64,000 nt of DNA, from positions 320,001 to 384,000 of the forward strand of contig CAVPNL010000001.1 of NCBI GenBank assembly GCA_963706575.1. The letters are read 5' to 3'. The notes under the pieces were generated by a model that saw only the letters and a list, made by a program, of their open reading frames with translations, made no database searches and was not told where the DNA came from. How positions within the stretch are numbered: position 1 is the stretch's first letter; each line of letters starts with the position of its first letter. The translations under genes were made by a program, and so were the position numbers. Positions 8,482 to 17,785 of the stretch are shown one piece after another. Source of the stretch: an uncultured delta proteobacterium. GTDB taxonomy: Bacteria > Desulfobacterota > Desulfobacteria > Desulfobacterales > JAHEIW01.

Positions 8482-10517
8482 GATCCTTTATATACCGGTT
8501 TCTTGCGACCCAACGATGAAAGACCTTCCAGGGCATCCGCCGTACTGAAGATATCTTTTGCACGCCCGAGCTCAATCTCTACTGCATCAGCGATGGATTT
8601 TCCGACCTGTTGATCGATGATTTCATTGGCCAATTTCAGGGCCAACGGTGCTTTGTAGCCGATGACTTTGGCCGTTTTGGCTGCGATTTCTTCTGGCACG
8701 CCCTCAGGCAGCTTCCCGGCCAACAACTTTGCTACATTTTCGCTGCTGCAGACCTGGGCCAGTATAGCAAATTTTTCGGGGAGGTCAGTTGGCTGGTATT
8801 TATCCGGCTTTCCTTCTGATACCAGTCGGCGAATAGCGCTTTCCACTTCAGCCGGTTCTACCAGCCGGTTAACGATGCCCAGTGCCTGGGCATCCGCTGC
8901 CTTGATGGGTGCACCGGTAAAGACGTAATATTTGGCAAGCTCCGGTCCGGTAAAGCGGGCCATGCGCAGCATACCGCCCAGTCCGGGGAAGATGCCGATG
9001 CCGGTTTCAGGAAAACCTATGGATCCTGATGGCGTTGCGATGATTGTCTGGCAGGCCATGGCGAGCTCACTACCGCCGCCTAGCGACAGACCGTCGAGCA
9101 AGGCAATGGTCAGCTTGTCTGAGTTTTCGATTTTAAGGAGCAGCTCATGGCCCCTGCGGGTAAATTCGACGATATCCGTAATTTTGTCTGCTTTTATTTT
9201 ATCGACAAACCACTTTATATCCGCTCCGGCTCCGAAAGCCTTGCCGGCGCCCTGAATCACGATGGCCGTGACAGCCGTGTTTTTTTCAGCTTCATCAAAT
9301 CGTTTGGCGATCTGGGCCACCACCGTTTCATTCAGGGCATTCATGGCTTCGGGCCGGTTAAGTGTGATATAAGCAATAGCGCCTTTAATTTGTAGATCCA
9401 CAAAATTGAAGGCAAAGGGTTTGCCGATCTGGTTTTGATTTTCAAGAATTTTTGGCATCTTGAAATCAGGGTATTTTTGGGTAATGGCTTTTACGGTTTG
9501 GTATGTTTTCTCTATTCCGATTTTATTCATGATTTCAAATGGCCCCTTTAACCAGCGTAGGCCGATTTTTGCACCCCGATCTGTGTCTTCAATGGAAGCA
9601 ACACCTTCGTCCACAAGGGCAGCGGCAACACCGAAGCAGACGCCGTAAAAGCGATCCCTGGCTTGCGGGATTTTAGATTCATCGATATCGCCGGCGAGAT
9701 CCCAGTTCTCATTTTTATCCATCTGAGCTTTTAAGATATCAGCTGTGGCATAAAACGGCCCCAGCTCATTTCCCAGGGTGGTTGAGGCGTGCACGGCGAT
9801 GGGGATTCCGGTGACATTCATGAGCTCAAACGGACCCATGCCGATTTTAAACGCCCTCTTGGCGGCTTCTTCAAGGGTGGGAATATTGGCCAGACCTTCT
9901 TCCAGCATGCGGGCGGCCTCATTTAAAAACGGAACAAAGAAGCGGTTTACGGCAAAGCCGGGCGCATCTTTGACGACAATGGCGGTTTTGCCATGAAGCT
10001 TGGCTGCTAAAAGCGATTTTTCCAGGGTCTCGGCGCTGGTCTTTGCATGGGGAATGACTTCCAGCAGACGATTTTTGGCCGGGTGATAGAAATAATGCAG
10101 CCCCACAAATCGATCCGGCCGAGCGGTTTTTTCGGCAAATTCGCGAACGTAAAAACTGGATGTATTGGTTGCCAGAATGGTCTTTTCGGAGCAGATCTGA
10201 TCCAGATTTTCAAAAAGATCGAATTTGACCTGTTTATCTTCAAAGACAGCTTCAATTACCAAATCAGCGTCTGCTACCATTTCAAAGTCGCATGTGCCAA
10301 TGATGCGTGAGAGGACATCGTGAACCTGATCTGCATCGAGAATCTTGCGTTCAACCGCTTCTTTCAGCGTTCGCCGAATGGTATTAATACCGCGTTCGAC
10401 AAATTCTTCTGTCATATCTACCAGAATGACGTTGAGACCCTCCTGGGCCAGTTTTTGGGCAATACCGCTGCCCATATTTCCTGCGCCGATGACCGCGATT
10501 TTGTTGATTTGTGACAT
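8478..10517 (-). CDS. Fused 3-hydroxyacyl-CoA dehydrogenase / enoyl-CoA hydratase
   Basis: GAGNMGSGIA, EAVFE, NTSS and GLHYFYHP (dehydrogenase), followed by LNRPEAMNALN and LGGGSELA (crotonase). Confidence 0.92.
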   Translation of the reverse strand: MSQINKIAVIGAGNMGSGIAQKLAQEGLNVILVDMTEEFVERGINTIRRTLKEAVERKILDADQVHDVLSRIIGTCDFEMVADADLVIEAVFEDKQVKFDLFENLDQICSEKTILATNTSSFYVREFAEKTARPDRFVGLHYFYHPAKNRLLEVIPHAKTSAETLEKSLLAAKLHGKTAIVVKDAPGFAVNRFFVPFLNEAARMLEEGLANIPTLEEAAKRAFKIGMGPFELMNVTGIPIAVHASTTLGNELGPFYATADILKAQMDKNENWDLAGDIDESKIPQARDRFYGVCFGVAAALVDEGVASIEDTDRGAKIGLRWLKGPFEIMNKIGIEKTYQTVKAITQKYPDFKMPKILENQNQIGKPFAFNFVDLQIKGAIAYITLNRPEAMNALNETVVAQIAKRFDEAEKNTAVTAIVIQGAGKAFGAGADIKWFVDKIKADKITDIVEFTRRGHELLLKIENSDKLTIALLDGLSLGGGSELAMACQTIIATPSGSIGFPETGIGIFPGLGGMLRMARFTGPELAKYYVFTGAPIKAADAQALGIVNRLVEPAEVESAIRRLVSEGKPDKYQPTDLPEKFAILAQVCSSENVAKLLAGKLPEGVPEEIAAKTAKVIGYKAPLALKLANEIIDQQVGKSIADAVEIELGRAKDIFSTADALEGLSSLGRKKPVYKGS

Positions 10518-10530
10518 AAAAGAACCTCGT

Positions 10531-10621
10531 TTTGTTTTATTGGTTGGATTCGTTCAATTTGTTCGATTGGTTACGTCTTTAACGAATAAGACCAATGAAA
10601 CCAATTAAACCAATCAAACCA
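10531..10621. repeat. Intergenic tandem-repeat hairpin, 9-mer ATTGGTTNN / AACCAATNN
   Basis: attggttgg attcgttca atttgttcg attggtt ... aacgaataa gaccaatga aaccaatta aaccaatca aacc. Confidence 0.8.
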
Positions 10622-10623
10622 GT

Positions 10624-11394
10624 TTATTTGTTCTTCCAAACCGGTTTACGCTTTTCCTCGAAGCTTTTGATGCCCTCCAGCACGTCCTCTGTTTTCATCA
10701 ATGAATTCAGAAACAGATCACTGACACTTTCAATGGCTTCTGGCAGCGGCATGCCCAGGTGCTTTTTGACTGCTCGTTTGTTCAAGCGAATGATGAGCGG
10801 GCTGTTGTATTGAATTTCCTTAACCAGACTGTCGGTGGCTTCGGAGAGCTGATCGTCAGCGACAGCATAACCGACCATTCCCATTTGCCGGGCTTCCTCA
10901 GCGCTATAACGCTTGCCGGTGGTGCAGATTTCAATTGCCTTGGAAGGACCCACCAGGTGGGGCAATCGCACGGCAGCATAGGGGGGTAAAAATGCGAGTT
11001 TGATTTCCGGCTGACCGAACAGGGCGCTTTGGGCTGCCACGATGATGTCACAGGCAATGGCAACCTCCATGCCCCCGCCCAGACAGGCACCGTGCACTGA
11101 AGCAATGACGGGCACTTCGATCTGGTCGATCATTTCAAAAATGCGGTTAAAGGTCTCGATCATTTTAGGGGCCATCTCAGGCTTGTGATCGGATACTTCA
11201 ACACCGGCGCAAAAGCTGGCCCCTGCGCCGTTGAGGACCACACATTTCAGTTGGTCATCTGCGATAAGCCCTTTTAGTTCGGTGATAAGTTCATTCATCA
11301 TTAGGATATCCAAAACATTGTGCTTCGGCCGATCAAATGTAATGCGCGCAACGCCGTCTGCTTTTTCAACTTTCAGATGCTGATATTCGCTCAT
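10624..11394 (-). CDS. dch: Cyclohexa-1,5-diene-1-carbonyl-CoA hydratase (Dch/BamR)
   Basis: Crotonase fold with FCAGVEVSDHKPE (His motif typical of Dch) and GQPEIKLAFLPP; clustered with had and oah. Confidence 0.8.
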   Translation of the reverse strand: MSEYQHLKVEKADGVARITFDRPKHNVLDILMMNELITELKGLIADDQLKCVVLNGAGASFCAGVEVSDHKPEMAPKMIETFNRIFEMIDQIEVPVIASVHGACLGGGMEVAIACDIIVAAQSALFGQPEIKLAFLPPYAAVRLPHLVGPSKAIEICTTGKRYSAEEARQMGMVGYAVADDQLSEATDSLVKEIQYNSPLIIRLNKRAVKKHLGMPLPEAIESVSDLFLNSLMKTEDVLEGIKSFEEKRKPVWKNK

Positions 11395-11416
11395 GGTTAT
11401 GGCTCCTTTAGAGATA

Positions 11417-11555
11417 AGTGTTTAGTATTTAGTGTTTAGATTTAGTTTTAGATTTAGTGTTTAGTAACTGGTGTTTTGTGTTTGGAATCGCACCTAAAAA
11501 ATGAGCATTACAGTGAGTCCCTAAACGAAACACTAAACACAAAACACCAAACACT
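11417..11555. repeat. Intergenic tandem-repeat hairpin, 7-mer AGTGTTT / AAACACT
   Basis: agtgttt agtattt agtgttt ... ctaaacgaaacactaaacacaaaacaccaaacact. Confidence 0.8.
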
Positions 11556-11557
11556 AT

Positions 11558-11992
11558 CTACGCTTTTTCAAAAACATAGTTCAATTGCCCGTTCGGCAAT
11601 GTGTTGACAACGGTTTGCACTTCCATGCCCACCTGGATGTCGTCTTCCGGTACATCACCGGCGATTCTGCCAAACACTTTATAATCACCATAATCCACCA
11701 GCGCGATGCAGTAGGGGACATCTTCCTCGAACCCGATGGGCGCATATTGCAACTGGCTATAAGTCACCAGCTTGCCCTTGCCTGAGACTTCGAACCATTC
11801 CATGTTGCTGGTAAAACATTGATGGCAATCCGCCCGGGGCGGAAAGAAAGACAACCCGCAATCCTTGCAGCGGGTTCCCATGACCTTATTGTCTTCCAGG
11901 TAAGCCACAAAATCATTGGTTTTGGTTATAGCGGTAAAGCTTACCGTGCCGAATTTTTTAAATCGATCGTCTACTTCTTTTATTTTGCTCAT
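11558..11992 (-). CDS. DUF35 Zn-ribbon/OB-fold protein (thiolase partner)
   Basis: CKDCG...PPRADCHQC and OB-fold C-terminus; follows the thiolase. Confidence 0.9.
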   Translation of the reverse strand: MSKIKEVDDRFKKFGTVSFTAITKTNDFVAYLEDNKVMGTRCKDCGLSFFPPRADCHQCFTSNMEWFEVSGKGKLVTYSQLQYAPIGFEEDVPYCIALVDYGDYKVFGRIAGDVPEDDIQVGMEVQTVVNTLPNGQLNYVFEKA

Positions 11993-12024
11993 CGTTAAAC
12001 CTTTCTATTCTGGAAAATAAACCT

Positions 12025-12103
12025 CACACAAAGACGCAAAGTCGCTAAGATTAGTTTTATCATTGAGTGTTTTTATCCTTTGCAGTCTTGGCGGCTTTGC
12101 GTG
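12025..12103. repeat. Intergenic tandem-repeat hairpin, CGCAAAG-type 8-9-mer
   Basis: cacacaaagacgcaaagtcgctaag ... ctttgcagtcttggcggctttgcgtg. Confidence 0.7.
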
Positions 12104-12143
12104 CTAATTTAACTGTCAAACGATATCATCCACAAAGCCGGGT

Positions 12144-13310
12144 TTATCGGCCGAGAATCGTCACATTCCCATAGAGTCCCACACCGCCAATGTTGTGTAC
12201 CAACCCGATCTCCGGGTCTTTGACCTGGATATCGCCGGCCTCGTTTCTAAGCTGCAATACAATGGTGCGGATCTGGGATCCACCGGTAGCTCCGATCGGG
12301 TGGCCCTTGGATAACAGCCCGCCGTCAACATTCACCGGTATACGTCCTTCCTGATATGTTTCTTTGTTTCGGATTAATTCCTTGCCTTCGCCGGGTTTGG
12401 CAAAGCCCAGATTTTCATAGGCCATCATTTCAGCGATGGTAAAACAGTCATGCACTTCCGCTACATCAATGTCTTTAGGGCCGACGCCGGCCATGGCATA
12501 GGCCTGCTGTGCAGCCTGTTCGGCAACGGTTAAGCCCGTAAACAGATCTCTACCGGCTAAATTGACGCTGGTGGTCGCTGCACCGACACCCAGAATCCAG
12601 ACCGGTTTTTTCGAAAGGGATTTGGCCTTTTCTTCGCTGGCAACGATGACGCAGGAGCTGCCATCGGCATTGGCGCAGCAATCGCCCACCCGCAGCGGGC
12701 TGGCCACCGGACCGGCCATGCGGTTTTCCGGATCTGTAAACATCTCAAATTCTACCGGCTTGCGATATACGGCTTTCTCATTTAGCTGGCCGTAGGTCGC
12801 TGCTTTAACTCGAATCAGCGCCAGGTCGTCCAGGGTGGTGCCGTATTTTTCCATATGGGCTTTGGCATACATGGCGTAGTAAGCAGGCATCATGGTGCCA
12901 AAGGGGCTTTCCCACTGAATATCGGCACCCCGGCCCATGCGTTCCTGGGATTCGGAAGAACTGATTTCCGACATTTTCTGAAATCCGATCACCGCCACCG
13001 TATCGTGCAGGCCCGATTTCACCAGCGAATAGGCCAGTTTTAATCCGGTGCTGCTCGAGGAGCACAGGGTTTCGACGTAAAAGGTCGGCTGGGGATTCAA
13101 TCCCAGATATTCGGCAAATACGCCGGCCGGTGAACGCTGTTTGTCGTATTCGGGTGCCGAGCAGATGACCGAAGCATCGATGTCGCCGGTGCGCAGCTGC
13201 GCATCCTGCATGGCATCCTTGAATCCTTCAAATGCGAGCTCCCGGATAGAGCCCGGGTAGCTTCTGACAAATGTGCTCTGTCCGACTCCGATAATGGCTA
13301 CTTTACTCAT
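12144..13310 (-). CDS. Thiolase (SCP2/archaeal-type)
   Basis: ETLCSSS, AEVHDCF, NVDGGLLSKGHPIGATG, HNIGG. Confidence 0.9.
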   Translation of the reverse strand: MSKVAIIGVGQSTFVRSYPGSIRELAFEGFKDAMQDAQLRTGDIDASVICSAPEYDKQRSPAGVFAEYLGLNPQPTFYVETLCSSSSTGLKLAYSLVKSGLHDTVAVIGFQKMSEISSSESQERMGRGADIQWESPFGTMMPAYYAMYAKAHMEKYGTTLDDLALIRVKAATYGQLNEKAVYRKPVEFEMFTDPENRMAGPVASPLRVGDCCANADGSSCVIVASEEKAKSLSKKPVWILGVGAATTSVNLAGRDLFTGLTVAEQAAQQAYAMAGVGPKDIDVAEVHDCFTIAEMMAYENLGFAKPGEGKELIRNKETYQEGRIPVNVDGGLLSKGHPIGATGGSQIRTIVLQLRNEAGDIQVKDPEIGLVHNIGGVGLYGNVTILGR

Positions 13311-13323
13311 AAGATTTCTCCCG

Positions 13324-13404
13324 TTGGTGTTCGGTGTTTCGTTTTTTGTGTTTGGAGGATTTTAAGACCAAACAACTAAACACCAAACACCAAATACTAA
13401 ACAC
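13324..13404. repeat. Intergenic tandem-repeat hairpin, 7-mer GGTGTTN / AAACACC
   Basis: ttggtgttcggtgtttcgttttttgtgttt ... aaacaactaaacaccaaacaccaaatactaaacac. Confidence 0.75.
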
Positions 13405-13407
13405 AAT

Positions 13408-14157
13408 TCATATGTATTGCCCGCCATCAACCTTTATAATTTCCCCGGTAATGTGCCTGGCCTTATCGGATGCCAGAAACGATATCAGATAGGCAAGGTC
13501 CTCCGGCTGGCCGACGCGTTTCAGGGCGCTTTCGCCCATGGCCAGGTCGATAATTTTATCTCTGGCTTCTGATTCTTTGAGCATGGCGGTTTCTATCAGG
13601 CCGGGAGCCACTGCATTGACCGTTACACCGAAGGCACCCAGTTCCTTTGCAAGCGCTTTGGTAAAACCTATGATACCGGCCTTTGAAGCGGAGTAGTTAG
13701 TCTGGCCGAATTTTCCGCGCAGCCCGTTAATTGAGGTCACATTGATAATCTTGCCGTACTTTTGTTCTTTCAAGAGCGGTGCCACGTGGCGGGTGAAGTT
13801 AAAATATCCTTTCAGATTGACTTCCAACACCCGGTCCCATTGTTCTTCGGTCATTTTCCAGGAGACCCCGTCCCAGTTCATGCCGGCGTTGTTCACCAGA
13901 ATTTCCAGGCTGCCGAATGCTTCTACGGCGGCTTTTACGACTTTTTCAGCGTCGGCAAAGGATGCAATATCGCATTGTACAGCCAGCGCTTTACGGCCCA
14001 TCGCCTGAATTTCTTCCGCATATTTAATGGCCTCGGCTTCGTGTTTGCGGTATGTCAGACAGACGTTTGCGCCCTCACGGGCCAGTTCGATCGAGGCGGC
14101 GGCACCGATTCCCTGTGAGCCGCCGGTCACCAGTGCATTTTTACCTTCCAGTAGCAT
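13408..14157 (-). CDS. SDR oxidoreductase (FabG-like 3-oxoacyl-CoA reductase / 3-hydroxyacyl-CoA dehydrogenase)
   Basis: TGGSQGIG, NNAG, YSASK, VDGG. Confidence 0.9.
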   Translation of the reverse strand: MLLEGKNALVTGGSQGIGAAASIELAREGANVCLTYRKHEAEAIKYAEEIQAMGRKALAVQCDIASFADAEKVVKAAVEAFGSLEILVNNAGMNWDGVSWKMTEEQWDRVLEVNLKGYFNFTRHVAPLLKEQKYGKIINVTSINGLRGKFGQTNYSASKAGIIGFTKALAKELGAFGVTVNAVAPGLIETAMLKESEARDKIIDLAMGESALKRVGQPEDLAYLISFLASDKARHITGEIIKVDGGQYI

Positions 14158-14281
14158 AAAATCCTCCTAAATTTTCCTCAACAGTCATTTTAGGTTATTG
14201 GAACTATTGGTTTATCTGTTGTTGCGACAAAATGCCGAAGACTAGATTAAAGCTGAGGCACGGTGAAGTCAATAAAAAATC

Positions 14282-14310
14282 TTGACATCAGTATAGTTAC
14301 ATTGTAGCTA
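14282..14310 (+). promoter_or_regulatory. Putative had promoter (-35 TTGACA) with palindromic operator TAGTTACATTGTAGCTA
   Basis: 17-bp near-perfect palindrome just downstream of TTGACA in the divergent SDR/had gap; matches 8182-8198. Confidence 0.65.
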
Positions 14311-14410
14311 AAAAGTAGTTGCAAATTTTACGACTAAAAGCAAGTGAAATTTTGAAAAGATCAACTGAATTCACCAATTGAAATCATTTTAACTTGAAAG
14401 TGAGGATAAT

Positions 14411-15518
14411 ATGGCGGGCATACCTGACAAAATTCAAACCTGGCAGATGATCGCAACCCACGTCGCGCGATAAAGAAACCAAAGAGGTGACACCGGGCAA
14501 ACTCGAAAAAAAGGAAATTGATGTTCCGGAACTGCAGCCAGGTGAAGTGCTGGTTGAGGTTGCAGGCTGTGGCGTCTGTCACACAGACCTGGGGTATTTT
14601 TATGATGGTGTACCAACGGTTTGTAAGCCGCCGTTGACACTGGGACATGAAATTTCCGGTACGGTGGTTGCCGGAGACGAAGTATGGGTTGGCAAGGAAG
14701 TCATTATTCCGGCTGTTATGCCGTGCCGGAAATGTTTTCTGTGCAAAACCGGACGGGGCAATCGATGCCTCGATCAGAAAATGCCGGGGAACAGCCTTGG
14801 GATTTACGGCGGCTTTGCAAGTCACATCCCTGTACCCGGAATCGATCTCTGTGAAATCAAAGATCGGGGAGATATTCCGCTGGAACACCTGGCGGTGTTA
14901 GCGGATGCCGGCACCACGCCCTACCAGGCTGCCAAAAAGGCGGATTTACAGCCGGGGGATAATGTCGTGGTTATCGGTATCGGCGGTGGCGTCGGCCAGT
15001 ACATGGGACAAATTGCCAAGGGTTTAGGGGCCGGCACCGTCATCGGCATTGACATTACCCAGGAAAAACTGGATCGGGCTCTCAACTATGGCGCCGATTT
15101 TATCATCAACTCCGGCGACAAAGACGCCAGGGCGGTGTCCGGTGAATTTAAAGCTATCTGTAAGGAAAATGAGTTGCCGGGCTTTGGTTGGAAAATTTTC
15201 GAGGTCACCGGCGTCAAACCCGGTCAGGAAATCGGTCTGAACTTGCTGAGTTTTATCGGCAAATTGATTATCATCGGGTTTGGGCTTGGCAAGTCGGAAT
15301 ACATGATGAGTCGATTGATGGCTTTTGACGCTGAAATTATTGGGACCTGGGGCTGTTTGCCCGAATACTATCCCATCGTATTGAATATGGTGACCTCGGG
15401 TAAAATAAACATCGATGCCTTTGTTCAGACCCGTCCGATGAGTACAATTATGGAATCCTTTGAAGAAGCCCATAAGGTTCCGCCGGACCAGCGCATTGTA
15501 TTGACACCTGATTTCTAG
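14411..15518 (+). CDS. had: 6-hydroxycyclohex-1-ene-1-carbonyl-CoA dehydrogenase (Had/BamQ), with a +1 frameshift near 14452
   Basis: Zn-ADH motifs GCGVCHTD and GHEISG, plus GTWGCLPEYYP; upstream of oah. The likely start MAGIPDKIQTWQM at 14411 (SD GAGG) joins the ORF at 14487 if one base is removed. Confidence 0.88.
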
Positions 15519-15587
15519 CAACCGTCTCGAAAATGTCTTTTGGCCCAATACAAAAAACAGCTTTAATAAAATGAGGAGGTAACAATC

Positions 15588-16730
15588 ATGGCACTTGACT
15601 GGATGCCCCGAGATAACGAACCCAAAAACCATCTCCTGCATACGGATGCTCACTGGGGGACGGATGCCGATGCTCCCTGCGTCGTTTATGAGAAACGACC
15701 CCTGACAGATCCCAAAGGAAAGGTGCAGGAAGGACTTTACGTGGCCTGGATCCGGCTCAATAACCCCAAACAATACAACTCTTACACCACCGAGATGGTC
15801 AAAGGCGTCATTGCCGGATTTGAAAATTCTTCCCTGGACAGAAGCGTTGTGGCGGTCGTGTTTACCGGCACAGGCCCTTATTCTTTCTGCACCGGCGGCA
15901 ACACCAAAGAATACAGTGAATTCTACAGCATGCGGTGCGATGAGTACGGCCAATACATGGAATTGTTCAACCATATGGTGGATTCGATCCTGGCCTGCAA
16001 AAAGCCGGTAATTTGCCGGGTCAACGGCATGCGCGTGGCCGGCGGCCAGGAAATCGGCATGGCATGCGATCTTACATTATCGTCCGATTTGGCCATATTC
16101 GGTCAGGCGGGTCCGCGCCATGGTTCAGCACCCGATGGAGGTTCATCGGACTTTCTACCCTGGATGCTCAGCAGCGAAGATGCCATGTGGAATTGTGTCT
16201 CCTGCGAGATGTGGTCCGCCTACAAGATGAAAACGAAAAATTTGATTAGCAAAGTCGCGCCGGTTCTGAAAGTCGACGGGAAGTGGGTGCGTAATCCCAT
16301 GATTATCACCGATAAATATGTCGAAGACGGTGAGATTGTTTACGGTGAATATAAATCCGGTGAGGCCGCCAAGGAGGCCCGGGCATTTGTAAAGGAGCAT
16401 CAGCCCAATGCCGACTTTGAATTGCTCGACAAAGAAATCGATAAGGTTGTCTGGACGTTTGCCAATCTTTTTCCCGGCTGTTTGATTAAATCCATCGACG
16501 GCATTCGCATGAAAAAGAAATACTTCTGGGATATCTGCAAAAACGGCAACCGCCACTGGCTGGCAGCCAATATGGGCGGTGAAGCATTCCTTGGCTTCGG
16601 GGCCTTTAACACCAAGAGAATCACCGGACAGGATACCATTGACTTTATCAAGTTCCGCCAGAACGTTGCCGACTCCAGACTCTGGGATGACGAAATGTTT
16701 GCAGAGGTTCTTGCAAAACCACAGAAGTAG
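15588..16730 (+). CDS. oah: 6-oxocyclohex-1-ene-1-carbonyl-CoA hydrolase (Oah/BamA)
   Basis: NNPKQYNSYTT, FCTGGNTKEY, GMRVAGGQEIGMACD, GQAGPRHGSAPDGG. Confidence 0.95.
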   Translation: MALDWMPRDNEPKNHLLHTDAHWGTDADAPCVVYEKRPLTDPKGKVQEGLYVAWIRLNNPKQYNSYTTEMVKGVIAGFENSSLDRSVVAVVFTGTGPYSFCTGGNTKEYSEFYSMRCDEYGQYMELFNHMVDSILACKKPVICRVNGMRVAGGQEIGMACDLTLSSDLAIFGQAGPRHGSAPDGGSSDFLPWMLSSEDAMWNCVSCEMWSAYKMKTKNLISKVAPVLKVDGKWVRNPMIITDKYVEDGEIVYGEYKSGEAAKEARAFVKEHQPNADFELLDKEIDKVVWTFANLFPGCLIKSIDGIRMKKKYFWDICKNGNRHWLAANMGGEAFLGFGAFNTKRITGQDTIDFIKFRQNVADSRLWDDEMFAEVLAKPQK

Positions 16731-16759
16731 TACTTTTCATCACTTCAACGTTGTATTTT

Positions 16760-16802
16760 ATGGCAGGCGGTGCGTTTAAAAACGGTCGCCTGCCATTTTT
16801 TT
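16760..16802 (+). terminator. Intrinsic terminator after oah
   Basis: ATGGCAGGCG...CGCCTGCCAT stem followed by a T run. Confidence 0.75.
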
Positions 16803-16939
16803 ATTTTAACGCAATGCCGTCTACAAAAAGAACGCTCAATTTAGGAAGAAGTATCTTGATAATGGGCACTATATTATGTAAAATTCCGCTTGACCTGCCT
16901 CCCTAAACCAGGGTGACTTCAGGCATCACCGATGCGAAC

Positions 16940-17593
16940 ATGAGCGAGACGTTCTCAAAAAAAAGTATTTTTCCAACCCCCAAAGGCGATATCCGCATTC
17001 ATTCCTTTTGTCGTCCGGAACAAATTGAACAATACAGACTCGATCGCTATTTTGGAATCAGCGATGATTTTAAATCGCTTTTCACCCAGCGGGAAAGTCT
17101 GGCTAAAAGCGCCGCCCGTGAGGGCGCCAATGTGGTTCTGGCCCTTGCGGACGCCAAAGACATTATCGGATACGGCGTCTTGGATTATCCCGACGAAGGT
17201 GAGCGCTGGGCTGAGATGGGTGCAAAGATCATGATGGAAATTAAGGCCATTGAGGTTTGCCGCACATGGCGGTCTGTGGGTGTTGCTCACCGAATTATGG
17301 AAATGATGCTCGTCCATCCCCAAATTGAAGACAAGATTATTTATCTGGTAGGGTATTCGTGGACCTGGGATCTGGCAGGTGCCGGCATAAATGCCGGGCA
17401 ATATCGCGCAAAGCTCGTTGAGCTTTTTAAATCTCACGGTTTTCAAGAGTACGAAACCAACGAGCCGAACGTATGCTTAAAGCCGGAAAATTTTTTAATG
17501 GGCCGAATCGGCAAAAATATTTCACAAATGATAAAAGATCGTTTCAAATGGCTGCGGTTTGGGCTGACGCCTTGGAACTGGGAGGTTGATTAA
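16940..17593 (+). CDS. AcuA-like GNAT protein-lysine acetyltransferase
   Basis: AIEVCRTWRSVGVA (acetyl-CoA motif), YSWTWDL, YETNEPN and NFLMGRIG resemble the AcuA family. Confidence 0.7.
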   Translation: MSETFSKKSIFPTPKGDIRIHSFCRPEQIEQYRLDRYFGISDDFKSLFTQRESLAKSAAREGANVVLALADAKDIIGYGVLDYPDEGERWAEMGAKIMMEIKAIEVCRTWRSVGVAHRIMEMMLVHPQIEDKIIYLVGYSWTWDLAGAGINAGQYRAKLVELFKSHGFQEYETNEPNVCLKPENFLMGRIGKNISQMIKDRFKWLRFGLTPWNWEVD

Positions 17594-17603
17594 TACAAAA
17601 AAA

Positions 17604-17669
17604 GGTTTCAGGTGTCAGTGTTCAGGTGGCAGCTTTTGCATTCCTGACACCCGACCCCTGATACCTGAA
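17604..17669. repeat. Intergenic tandem-repeat hairpin, 7-mer GGTGTCA / TGACACC
   Basis: ggtttcaggtgtcagtgttcaggtggcag ... ctgacacccgacccctgatacctgaa. Confidence 0.8.
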
Positions 17670-17785
17670 TTTGACAGTCTTCATCATGAAGTGTATGACG
17701 TTTGGTGATGGAAAATAATTTCGGATTCATTTTATTCGTTTTCTAACCGCTGCGGTTTCATCGCAAAAATACATTAGAGGCTAAA

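Noticed and set aside
15024..15974. 316-aa minus-strand ORF
   Set aside because: Antisense to had and oah, which have strong family motifs.
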